Below are positions 10,481 to 21,400 of a stretch of DNA of 40,808 nt, in pieces. Positions within the stretch are counted from its first letter, which is position 1, and the number at the start of each line of letters is the position of its first letter. The notes under the pieces are model-generated. The model was not told the origin of the DNA. It searched no databases and was given only the letters and a program-made list of their open reading frames with translations. Source of the stretch: Octopus bimaculoides (Eukaryota); contig NC_068998.1 of NCBI RefSeq assembly GCF_001194135.2, positions 34,102,402 through 34,143,209 of the forward strand, read 5' to 3'. A program made the position numbers and the translations under genes.

Positions 10481-10890
10481 ATTCCCCATTGCATGAAAGT
10501 GTGGTACCACAGGCTTGTGGTGCTAGGGAACAAAGTGTTAGCTCATCTATTTCTTTTGCTAAGTTTATGTATGTTTCATTTGTAATCCCTTAAGTTTTGG
10601 TTGGAGATATTCTTGAAATTAGAGATTTTAACAGTCTTTCCAGTTTTCCCAGTCATTCAGGTACATTTTATTCTGACAAGTAGGATTAATTTACTGTATC
10701 ATTAATCTCATGCTCTTTGTCTCAATGTTTTCTAGATATAGTTCTGATGCTGCCCAATGTCCTTCAAAAGTTGTTAGAACTTGTAAATCCATTTTGACAC
10801 CCCCTATCATAAGTCACCTTTTTTTAAACCTTACTTTGACCTCTCTCCTCTACTGCAATATAAAAGTCACTTTTAGCCATTTATTTACAC

Positions 10891-11271
10891 CAATTTTATG
10901 CCTATGGATCCCTTTGATTCCTATTTTCCTCTATTAGACCTCCATAGTCATTTGATGTATATAAAAATATCCTACTATAAATGATTAAATTACAACAGTT
11001 ATTATAGTCCATTGTTTGTATTATAGTGCATTGTTGTGTCATTCAAAACATTTTATTCTTTACAAACAATACACAATGCTTCAAGTGAACTACAATACTT
11101 TCCTATCCTACTACACTTTTTGTTATTAGATATTATCAGGAACTGTATAAAAAAGATTATAATATTTTTTGTGTATTATAGAAGTATAATCAATTTGTTG
11201 CATGTAAATTTCAGTAATAAAATCTTCTGTGAACCACCAAGGACCATATGAACCCCAGTAGAGAACCACTG
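10891..11271. mobile_element. hAT MITE related to 9494-9756, left TIR mostly deleted
   Basis: Right end gtagagaaccactg. Perfect 8-bp TSD atttacac (10883-10890 and 11272-11279). Shares ctatggaYccctttgattc with the first copy. Confidence 0.75.
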
Positions 11272-11818
11272 ATTTACACCATGTCTAACATATCTTACTG
11301 GAATTCTTGTGTTTCTTTGACTCTTGTGCTGAGGTATAAAGATAGAGTTAGAGGTATGTCCAACAGTTTCAACTGTGTTTTCACTGTGTCTTCAGTTTTG
11401 CTTCCTAGAGACATGCTGTACAGCTTCACATGAGGAATAGTCAGTCCAACTTTTCAAAAGCAGAGTTTTATAAGTTTTCTCTTTGCCCTCTCCCATGGCA
11501 AAGAAATGTTTAGTTTTATGAAATTTCCCTATTTCCATTTTTTCCTTGTAACTGTGGTAGATTTAAAGGTTCCATCTGTTCATTTTGTATTAAAGACCAG
11601 TTCGACTGTAATATCTGACTTTGTGTAAGAATCGCAATAACTATTGTTGTTGTTCTTACTGTCACTGTCGTCAAGGTAACTTATTTGACTATTTGGAACA
11701 TTTTTATTAATTGTTCACTCAAAAATTCATTTTCTTTCACCTTTTGTACATTCTGTTTTGTACATTTAGTTAAGTATGACAGATTTCATACATTGGAAAT
11801 TATGCCAACATTATTAAA

Positions 11819-12901
11819 TACAAGGGCCATTTTAAAATTTCATAGGATTATCAAGATACTCTCATGGAATGTTACCAAGTGAGGTTTATTTTTCTACATA
11901 GTCCGCCCTTGTGGTATAAGTTAGGAGAATGGGGAGGGTGATACCAATTCAAAGCCATACTCATGCAGAGCATGCACTAAAACCAAAGGCTTGTGTGCTG
12001 GAGCATTGTCCTGATGAAACAAGACACTTTTTGTCAGTTTTCCTGGGCATTTGATCTTGATAGCCTTTTGAACTGCCTCAGCAAGTTGGCACAGTATCTT
12101 CCATTGATACTGTTGCCCTTTTCAAGATAGTCAAATACTTTTTGCATTCCAAAAAATGGAGGCCATCACCTTCCCTGCAGATGAAAGAACTTTGGCCTTC
12201 TTTGGAGCAGGTAAGGAGGGGTGTTTCAACTGTATGGACTATCTTTTTGTTTCTGGTTCAAAGTGATGAACCTAACACTCAGCCTAACTTAGGAAACCAG
12301 CTGGATCTACCTCAAACAATATCAGATTTTCCTACAATGTGATCAGCCTGGTGTACTTTTGATCAGGTGTCAGAAGACATGGCACCCACTGAGCAGAAAC
12401 CTTCATCATTCCAAGCTCATTTAGCTGAATATTCTCAACTCTTTTATGAGATATGCTAATAGCATTGGCTATTTGATTTATAGTCAATCGCCTGTCATCC
12501 ATCACCATGTGGTGAACATAATCAATGCTTTCTTCAGTGGCTGAAGTTGCAAGACATCTAGACCTTCCCCTCCCAAACTCAGCTACCCACTTTTGTGCTA
12601 TTGATAAAGCTGGAGCGTCATCCCATAATGTAGCAAACATGTCAGCATGAATGTCCTTAGGTGCTAAACCCTTTTCCAGCAAGTACTTGATAACAGCATG
12701 ATGCCAAATTTTTGTCCATTTTCAAGAGACGTCACTAGTAGTTGCTACAGAAGTCTTCTTTGCACAGTCAGATGTCAATCTAACTGGAAAGAAAGAATAC
12801 AATTATCGATAAGAAAAGTTGCAATTCATGCATACAAGATTTCATGGCTCAAGCATCAGTTGTTTATAGTCAGCCTATGAACTTTTCAGCCTGCCCTCAT
12901 A
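11819..12901 (-). mobile_element. Mariner transposon, internally deleted, with transposase pseudogene
   Basis: TA-bounded TIRs tacaagggccattttaaaatttcatagg / cctatgaacttttcagcctgccctcata. Minus frames give WVPCLLTPDQK, AGKVMASIFW, LFHQDNAPAH and DYVEK. Confidence 0.9.
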
Positions 12902-13744
12902 ACAACAGAAAAGAGGTGTTGAAAGTATACATGAGAAATGGTCTTAGAGAATGCTGAAGGGAATACGAAGAAGTGTACTCTGTGTTTTTGCACTTTCTGC
13001 AGGCTCATTGGAGGATTTGTATATGGATCTCTTGAACTGGGCACTTTAGAGTGGAATAATAGTTTAGTGTTAAGTACTCTGGTTAATGTTATGATACATT
13101 GCTGATGCTAGAGTATGAATTGTGCCACCTTCTCATCTTATCTCTAACCATAACCATTTGGCTATCCTCATTCTCAAGTATCAGCAAAGTATAGAAAACA
13201 TGTCATAGACAGAGCTAGAGTAGTAATAGCATGCCTTAACCCCTAATAAAAGTGATTTTAAATTTATTCTAATTCGATTGAAATGAATGAATATTTTATG
13301 TTTAAAAGCTTTTACAACAATCTACTATAGTCAACTGTTTATTGAATTATTAGTAAACATGGCCTTAGAATCAGTAAAATTTTACCATGATCATTATCAA
13401 TTCCTATTAAATATTTTAGTAATGTGTCAAGGGATGTTATATAATGGCCATAAAGCATATATTAGGGATGCTGATAAAATACTTCTACATTAGTTGCATC
13501 TATTTCACATAACTTTTTAGCATATTTATGAGTGAAATATAATGACATTTAGAAATAGGAATTATTGAGTATCTAGGGATGTGAGAAGTGTTATTAGATC
13601 AGGGATAAAAATAAAAAAATTCTGATTCCAGATTGGATTTTTTCTGTATGCCTATGACTTGTGCTCTTAGGAAAGGCATGAAAGTCACAATATTATGATA
13701 TCAAAACTCACCTAAAAGTTGAATGATGACAAAGTCTGCATTGG

Positions 13745-14030
13745 TAGGGACAATGGGCATTCAGTTGCACGATCAAATGTTCGACCTACTTGTTGAATTA
13801 AAGAATATTCCACAGATGTATGAACTGTTAGCATAATTCTCAGATCAAATCAGGCTGATGTGATAGGTGACAAGACAGCACCTTTGAATCACAGGTATAA
13901 TTCATCCAATAGGTTGCCACACAGCCTTTAAGTTCACACTCACTTATGAACCAAAAATTATGGTTAAAGGCATTTATCCATGATGCCATACACGGGATTG
14001 AATCTTAGACCTCATTGTTGGCCAATGTCA
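13745..14030 (-). mobile_element. Possible old SINE-like repeat
   Basis: B-box-like ggtctaagattcaatccc on the minus strand. No second copy in the window, so support is weak. Confidence 0.3.
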
Positions 14031-14484
14031 TTACTCAAAGCAATAAAAAACAAATAAAAAATATTTTGTACTCAAAATCTTCATCAGCTTTTCTTGAATA
14101 TTATCACAACTACTATTACTACTACTACTGTCACTATTATTGCTAGATATATTTTGCAGTCTTTGAATATGTCACTTTGACCATCTTCATTTATGGCTGT
14201 TAGCCAATTCTTTTTGCCAAGTCATCCTTTTAGTGCTCTGCTTGCATTTATTTCCAAACGCTTAAGAAGCAGAACGAAGAGAAATTATCCCAATTCATGG
14301 TGTTAAAGATCTCCCACTCCCATACTGCCAATTCTTGACTAGACAGAAAATAGAATATTTTATATTCTTATTTTTACACTTTTATTCCAGATATTTAAAT
14401 GTACTTCAAAGAACTACTATCAAGTTTACTCATACATCTCTTGATCCTGAAAGCCATTATTCAATATTAAAACACATCAATAGC

Positions 14485-14625
14485 AGCAGAATTGCAGAAT
14501 GGGAGGACATCAGACTAAATGCTTTATATTATTTTATGGTGTCCCTTTATGATGCAAGTTCCAACCCTGCTGAGAGTAGATTTGCCTTTATATTTTATGA
14601 GCTGATAAAAGTACTGTAGTCACTC
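14485..14625 (+). mobile_element. SINE family B (highly decayed)
   Basis: gcagaat...taaatgctt...aagttccaaccctgctgagagtagatttgccttt...gataaaagtac aligns loosely to family B. Confidence 0.5.
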
Positions 14626-14716
14626 AAATGATTGTATCACCTTCTAAAATCTATGGCATTATACTTGAATATCAATATTAAATATTAGTATTAAAACACA
14701 TCCTCAAGACAGAATT

Positions 14717-14939
14717 ATCAGCCTTTAGCATTGAGATTATCAAATGTAATGTTTATTTATATACATAGCTTTGAATTAATTATACCTTATCCTGTGGTTT
14801 CAAAATTTCAATGATGTGATTATTTATTTTTACAATGACATTGTAGGGTAGGTGTGAGATGTTGGATTTGGCCAGTTGGAGCATAAAAGATGTAGAATAT
14901 TTTCGCCAGATATGGCTGGTCTAAATGCTAAAGGGTTAA
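14717..14939. mobile_element. piggyBac-like (TTAA) MITE, copy 1
   Basis: Right end aatgctaaagggTTAA. Left end gcctttagcatt is its degenerate inverse. Internal similarity to 26167-26394. Confidence 0.55.
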
Positions 14940-16291
14940 AACATATTTACATCACAACACTTATCGTAGGGCTTTGAGATTTCTATATTGCCACATACAT
15001 TAACTGTTTGCCAGTGCTAAGATATTTGATGATCTCACAAGCCCTGTTTTTCAGTACTAAGCTATTTCCTCAGAATTAGGATTCTCTCCATGGAAATGTC
15101 TCCATTCACATTAAGATATATCTATATCATAAGATGAGTGCTATTACTCACTGCTAAATCATAAACTCTTGCCATCACAATGGCTGCTAGATAACGTTAA
15201 AATGTCTCTACATCAAAAAAGATATTAATAAATAGAACAACAACTTGTAACAAATGGATATATAAACTTTCCTCTGTTCTGCTGCAACAAATTGGTAATC
15301 CAAATATCAAAGGCTGTCTTTTGTACATCAGTGGGAAGTCAGTGAGAGATTTGCTGCATAGTATTAATGTTAGCATTTGTTTTGATTATAAGTTAATGCA
15401 AAACGGAAATATGCAAAGAGAAGGTGAGGTGGCAATGTAGGAATTCCATTTCTGTGGATTTCACATTCTGTCTATTTTGTTTTTGTTTTAAACATAGTAA
15501 AGTTATGTGATAAAAATTTGATGGACTTTGATAGTAGATGGGAAAGTAGTTGGATGAAAGAATATGTTAAGAGCTGCTGTTTTAGAATTTTTTTTATTGT
15601 ACTGCTGTTTTACGCATCAATTTATTTATGAAAATTTGAATAGTTAGCTGATTATTTTGTAAGCTAGATAGATAAATATGGAGGATAAAGCGTTTGGATC
15701 TATGAAGAAAAGAACATTTTGTTAGTTCTGATATTTTTGGAGTGGTGCAAGTGAACTATGCTTAAAAAAACCCATGATACACAGATTGTTGATCAAAGAA
15801 ACAATTTGACAGCAATTTCCTGTTTCAGCCACACCTATTTAGAGTGACACTGATCTATGAGTGAGCACTTGAAACATTTTGTGGTCTCTAACATTTTAAA
15901 AACTAGAAAGCAATGTATTTGAATGTGCTTGTTAAAACAGAAGTCAACCAATTATATAGAAACTTCACCTTGTTCACTGATGATGAATTAAAAAATATAC
16001 CTTTGATGTTGTTCTTGTTGTTTAGCTTCAAACCAGTTCCAATCAAATAGACCTATGATCAAAGACAATATATTTTTTAAATGGTAAAATGTGATGTGAC
16101 AGATAGTTGACTGCTATTTACTGCTGATCAAGCTATTGCATACATATTCCTTTATTAGTTAATATGATATTATTATTGTTTTTATTTATTTACTCCAGAT
16201 CAGATTTGACTGAACAAATCTACACTTAAAAATATTCCAGGTGTCTTTTTTCTTTTTGTTGTTGCTTATCAAATTTCCTATATGTGCACAT

Positions 16292-16338
<47 letters not shown>

Positions 16339-16399
16339 CACGCATTCATACACACACACGGACATGTCTTTGTTTTTGTTGTTGATGTCATAGCCATTT

Positions 16400-17300
16400 A
16401 TTTATGGTCGTATTGCCTTAAATCTATGTAGAAAGTAGAAAGGTGAGAGGGCCCTTTAGTTGCAGCTTCCTGAGGACTCACCAACCTTTTTAATGATTGT
16501 GCCCTGATAAAATGCAGGGATGATGGCCTGGAAATCTGAAGCCATATGAACAGTCATACCATGAACAACTTCAGGAAGAATTTGATAAAGATCTTCAAAT
16601 AATTCAGCCTAACTATAACAGTCACCATCAGTTTGACAAAAGTTAACTTCCTAGCATAAGAGAAGGGCAAGTAAACCCTTACAGAAAATCCAATGAGAAA
16701 ACTGTTAACATTCATAGAAACTCCAGCCATCGTCGGCTGTAATTAGGAACCTAATTGCATGATCTAATCTATTGATGGATTGAGAGATCTTCAACTTGGC
16801 TATATCCCATTACAACGAGAAACCAATGAGAAGTGGCTTTATAGATAAGTTAGTGTAAGTGGAGGATACCCCATCTAACCTCTGAACCCAAAAAGAGTCA
16901 GAAAAAGGAAAATGCTGTCATTTAATCCTTCTTTCAGACTAAAAGTTTCAACTAACATATCTGGGAGCTCCCTGATGTTACTTAAAAAACAATTCCCTTG
17001 AGCTCAAAGTGTAATATTATATTCTTCAATCCCTATAAAGTTAAGGTCAGTTGCTCCTGCATGCACAACATTACTCCAAACATTGCACACTACAATAGAT
17101 GCAAAGACACACCCAGTGTTCAATTCACAACCCCACCTGCAATTGTCAAAATCCTACCAACTGCCAACTGGAAGTATTCTGCTTCTCAAAAGTTGTAGTC
17201 TCTAACATGAAATGTATCGTTGACCTGGAGCAATTGCATCATTGCTGCTGGACACTTTACATTTGGTACTGACGCTTCTGTGCTTTTTTAGTGCTACACA
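16400..17300 (+). mobile_element. Decayed PLE RT-to-endonuclease fragment
   Basis: CRDDGL (16513-16530, YRDDGL-like), NLIKIFK, VNFL, PYRKSNE, KVKVSCSCMHN and TCNCQNPTNCQLE, with several stops and frameshifts. Confidence 0.8.
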
Positions 17301-17473
17301 TCTAAACGAGTTGCTTTTTTAAGATGAATATATCCACATTAAGTAAGACATTCAGGTAACTGTTTGCTGCTAATACTGCCTCTGACATTAATAACAAATG
17401 TGTGTGTATTGATATAAATATTGATACAGTATTCATAAACGTTACAGGCATAGCATAGGCATAGGCATGGTAT

Positions 17474-17640
17474 AAGCACAGATGTGGTTGTGTGGTTGAG
17501 AAGCTTGCTTCCCAACCATGAGGTCTTGGGTTCAGTCCCACAACACAGTAATTCAGGCAGGAGAGTTTTTTTAAAGTCTTGAATTGTCCAAAGCCTTGTG
17601 AGTGAATTTGGTGGATAGAAACTGAAAGAAACTTGTCAAA
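17474..17640 (+). mobile_element. SINE family A
   Basis: tggttgtgtggttgagaagcttgcttcccaacc, B-box gggttcagtccc, ccaaagccttgtgagtgaatttgg. Confidence 0.8.
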
Positions 17641-17644
17641 TACA

Positions 17645-17935
17645 CTAGCAGTTAGGGGGCTGTACTCATTATCACTAGATCTTTGTGTTTGATTCCTGGA
17701 TCAGGTGGCATGTTGTGTTCTTGAGCAAAACATTTTCATTTCACATTGCTCTGCAGTTAGTTTGACATCTGGCATGTGGTACTTTGTACCTGTACAAGCG
17801 ATGTCGATTTGACGGAAAGAGTTAGCTTCTGCAAGCACAAATATTATAAACAAATCACCCGTGTAGTTGTTCAAGAAGAAATTGTAGAATCCTTATCCAC
17901 CATCTAATGACAAGAAAGTTGTTAGATGGTGGATA
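17645..17935 (+). mobile_element. tRNA-type SINE, family C, ending in an 18-bp hairpin
   Basis: ttgattcctggatcagg...cttgagcaaaacattttcatttcac matches 40670-40720. Terminal hairpin at 17894-17935. Confidence 0.55.
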
Positions 17936-17950
17936 TATGTATGTATGCAT

Positions 17951-18630
17951 GTCTCTTCTATTTTTTAATTATTATAAATCTTCCACTAAGGATGGAGCTG
18001 GTTTCCAACAAATGGATGTAGTTAACACAGACAAATTCACATTTGATACTTGAGAAAAGTCTTGCATATTTTTACTGTTCTACTCATAGATTGCACTTGT
18101 AACAAAAGAATCAGCTGGTCAATTTCTCTTTCTGAAAATCGCCATTTATCCAAATTCTTCTTTAAGCATTTACTCACAAAACCTAGTACTCCAATTATTA
18201 TTGGTATGAATATGAATTCATAGTCTGGGTACAGAAGCTGGAGGTTTCAAAGCAGCTGTCCATAGATGTACTCTTTTTCTTTGATTTTCAAAGAGATATT
18301 TATATCTGCAGGGCAGCCAACCTCAATGATGGTACATACTTTTGTCCCTCTGTCCCAAACAACAGTACTCGACCTGTTATGCTTACATTTGACAGAAGTT
18401 TTGATGGGAATATTCCACCACCATTCCTTGAGTTGGTGTTTATGAATGTATTCTGTAACAGAGGGATTTTCTAAGTTTATTTCAGGACAGTCTTTTTTTT
18501 GCGGATGGCATTGTAAATTGTTTTAGCAACATCGTGCTGCACAGGGAGGTAGTACCGTAATGACATTTTAGGACAGCTGTTAATCACATGAGTGATGTCT
18601 TCCACAGAAACATGACATAGCCTACACATT
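17951..18630 (-). mobile_element. R4/Dong-type LINE 3' fragment (CCHC knuckle, RLE endonuclease, 3' UTR)
   Basis: CRLCHVSVEDITHVINSC...WWWNIPIKTSVKCKHNR...CTIIEVGCPADIN...FIPIIIGVLG...VKICKTFLK. Both junctions lie in (CATA)n-type repeat. Confidence 0.85.
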
Positions 18631-18780
18631 ATGTATGTATGTATGTATGTATGTATGTATGTATGTATGTATGCATGCATGTATGCATGCATGTATGTAT
18701 ACATGTATGTATGCATGTATGTATGCATATATGTATGTATGCGTGCATGTTTGTATGTATGCATGTATGTATGTATGCAT
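18631..18780. repeat. (TATG)n/(TGCA) compound microsatellite
   Basis: Direct reading. Confidence 0.95.
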
Positions 18781-19169
18781 GAAGGATATGTGGAATTTTC
18801 ATCAAGATGACTGCATGGCCACAGTCAAATGACTGAAACAAGTAAAAAAGTAAAAGAGTAAAGAGTATAGTGAGGAGTATTCAGTCCAGAGAAATTAAGG
18901 GAAGGAATAAATAATATATTTCTGATTAAACTTTGAAATAATAAATGAGTGTCCATATCACTAATGAAGATATTTTGTTAATGAGACCTGCAGAAGAACT
19001 ATGAGGCTAAGGAGTCTATGTATACATGTAGAGAAAGTTTAGTGCTGTTTTTTTTAATAACAGTAAACGGGTTATGTATGGAGAAGAGTTGGATAGGTAA
19101 AATGTCTAAGCTATATGTTAGTGATAATCAGAAGTGTTAGTTTTTTGCACTTTGACCTCTGGAAAAATT

Positions 19170-19590
19170 TGAAGGGCTTAAAAAATTTGTGTATACAGGT
19201 GGAGAATGGTTCATGCTGCTTATTAAGAGACAGTGTTGGGTTATGTTACAGTATGTGCAATGATTCTTTTAGGCAAAGCTGGCCCTGGTATGGGAGACCA
19301 GAATCAACTTTCGGCCAGGATATACTGTAAGGATTTTTTTTCTTGAGTTAGTGCATGTGATCTGCTAGAGGGGTAAATTTGCTATGCTCTTAATATTTAA
19401 ACGAATTTAAATGCATCAAATCTTGATGCTTGAAATTAATTGGGAATCCTATATAGTACCTAATAGAATTGTGAAGTGTTCTATGAACTATGCAGTTGTA
19501 AACCACTTTAAACCTTCTGCAATGAGTTTGCAAAGGGCATTCATTCATAGATTTGCAATTGCAACTAGACCTATCTGGCATGATGGAATT
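19170..19590 (-). mobile_element. PLE GIY-YIG endonuclease fragment
   Basis: SCNCKSMNECPLQTHC..KVVYNCIV...RYYIG...HLNSFKY, continuing with disruptions to LCLKES...LNKQHEPFSTCIHK. Confidence 0.8.
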
Positions 19591-20084
19591 TCTTATATGT
19601 GGATTATATGTATGTTTGTATGTATTCATGTATGTATGTTTTTGTGTACCCTGGTCTTGACATTATGTGATGGTTGTACACAAGTGTGTTGTTCATTTTC
19701 AGTCTTCCATGAAAAATGTCTGGACATGGGATATATTACCTTACTTGGAAACAGGTGAGGGTTTCTGGCAGGACAGAAATCTGACCATAGAAGATCTGCT
19801 TCAGCAAATTCCATGTGACCTTTGCAAGCATGGAAAAGGGAACATTAGAGGATGACAGCAATGACAACAACAATAGAATGTCACTCAAAGTTTCATGCTT
19901 GAAATATATATATATATATATTTCCAATATGAAAGAGACAGTATAATATTTGTGCTTCAAATATAGAAGTTGGAATTGATGAAAGGGTGGCATCTTACTT
20001 TCTGAAACAGATGTGAATGGGTTAACATGAGTGACCATGGGATTGCACCTGGAAAGTTCCCTTCTGAGGTACAAGTCCTGGCAA

Positions 20085-20303
20085 GGTTGTTTATGCCAGT
20101 GCCATGTAAAAGCACCCGGGATGGTGCCATGTAACAGTACTCAGTATACCCTGTAAAGTGGCTGGCATTAGGAAGGGCCTCCAGCCATAGAAACCATGCC
20201 AAAAGAGATAGGGAACCCAGGCAGCTCTTCAACTGGCCAGCTCCTGTCAAACTATCCAACCCATACTAGCATGGAAAACAGAAGTTAAATGATAATGATG
20301 ATG
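20085..20303 (+). mobile_element. RTE-type 3' UTR and tail
   Basis: ggcattaggaagggcctccagccatagaaac...ccaacccatactagcatggaaaac...ttaaatgataatgatgatg, homologous to the tail of 7039-7745. Confidence 0.75.
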
Positions 20304-20859
20304 CATGACTACATCTAAAATCAATGTGGAGATTTACCCTGTGTCTATGGTTTTAAATTGTTCTCCCTTCTGCCAGTCTCAACTTCCAAGCTTAATTTGT
20401 ATACCAACACTAACAACTCATACCGTAGTGCAGTATTTGACATTGTCTCTTTTTATAAACATTGTATTCTGCTTCTATAATCAATTTAACCATAATTTGT
20501 GTTAATTACCAGAATCATTAATAACAGTATTTAGAGTTGTTATAATGAGACAGTAACTCTGTGACTGAAAATTATTAAAATTATTGCATTCTGATCAAGG
20601 AGGGATGGAATGAAAATCTGATATTGAAGTAGATTTATGCCTTGAGATGGAAGAAATGAGAGAATTGGCAATTAAATTACAGAATTAATTGTTGCTCTTC
20701 ATTCTAATTTCGCTAGGGATAACTTTATCTTTTTCTATTTTAGACTTGAAGAAATAAGTAATCCATTAATAAAACATTGTGGATGATTTAGTTTACCCTG
20801 CTTCCATCTCTTATGATGATTTGCCTCATCCTTTCTTGAAATAAATGATTAAAGTGGAT

Positions 20860-21198
20860 CAGGCTTGGCTGTGTGATAAGAAGTTTACTTCCCTGTCATA
20901 TTGTCCCAAGTTCAGTCCTACTGTATGACACTTTGGGCAAGTGTCTTATACAATAAGCCCCTGACTGACCAAAGCCTTGTAAATGGATTGAACAAATGGA
21001 AACTGAAAGACACTAGTCATATATGTGTGTGTGTGTGTGTGTGTGTATTTGTCCCCACCACTATCACTACTTGGCAACCAATGCTTGTTTGTTCATATTC
21101 CCATAATTTAGTAGTTGACGTAAAAGCCTAAAGCCCTTCAAGACGGTGCCGTAGTATGGCCACAGCTCAGTGACTGAAATAAGTAAAAAATAAAAGAT
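20860..21198 (+). mobile_element. SINE family A, long form (head, (TG)n linker, 3' module)
   Basis: Head as at 5366 and 17474. After (TG)n comes tttgtcccc...gactgaaataagtaaaa, which is also seen at 29555-29765. Confidence 0.75.
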
Positions 21199-21300
21199 AT
21201 TTTAAATTTCCATTTCTCGTTCTCTTACTCTTTCTCTCTCTCCCTCTCTTTCTCACTCTTTTCTCTCTCTCTCTGTATATATATATGTTTGAGTGTATAT

Positions 21301-21301
21301 A

Positions 21302-21392
<91 letters not shown>

Positions 21393-21400
21393 ACACACAC
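21301..21400. repeat. (CA)n microsatellite
   Basis: Direct reading. Confidence 0.97.

Noticed and set aside
12990-13110. Strong-looking splice acceptor (ttttgcactttctgcAG)
   Set aside because: No convincing donor or recognisable peptide downstream.
14335-14619. 94-aa ORF with a good acceptor near 14389
   Set aside because: Its 3' half is a decayed family B SINE.
16537-16539. In-frame TGA in the PLE RT as selenocysteine (reported for some Naiad elements)
   Set aside because: The copy has other stops and frameshifts, and no SECIS was seen. Decay is the simpler explanation.
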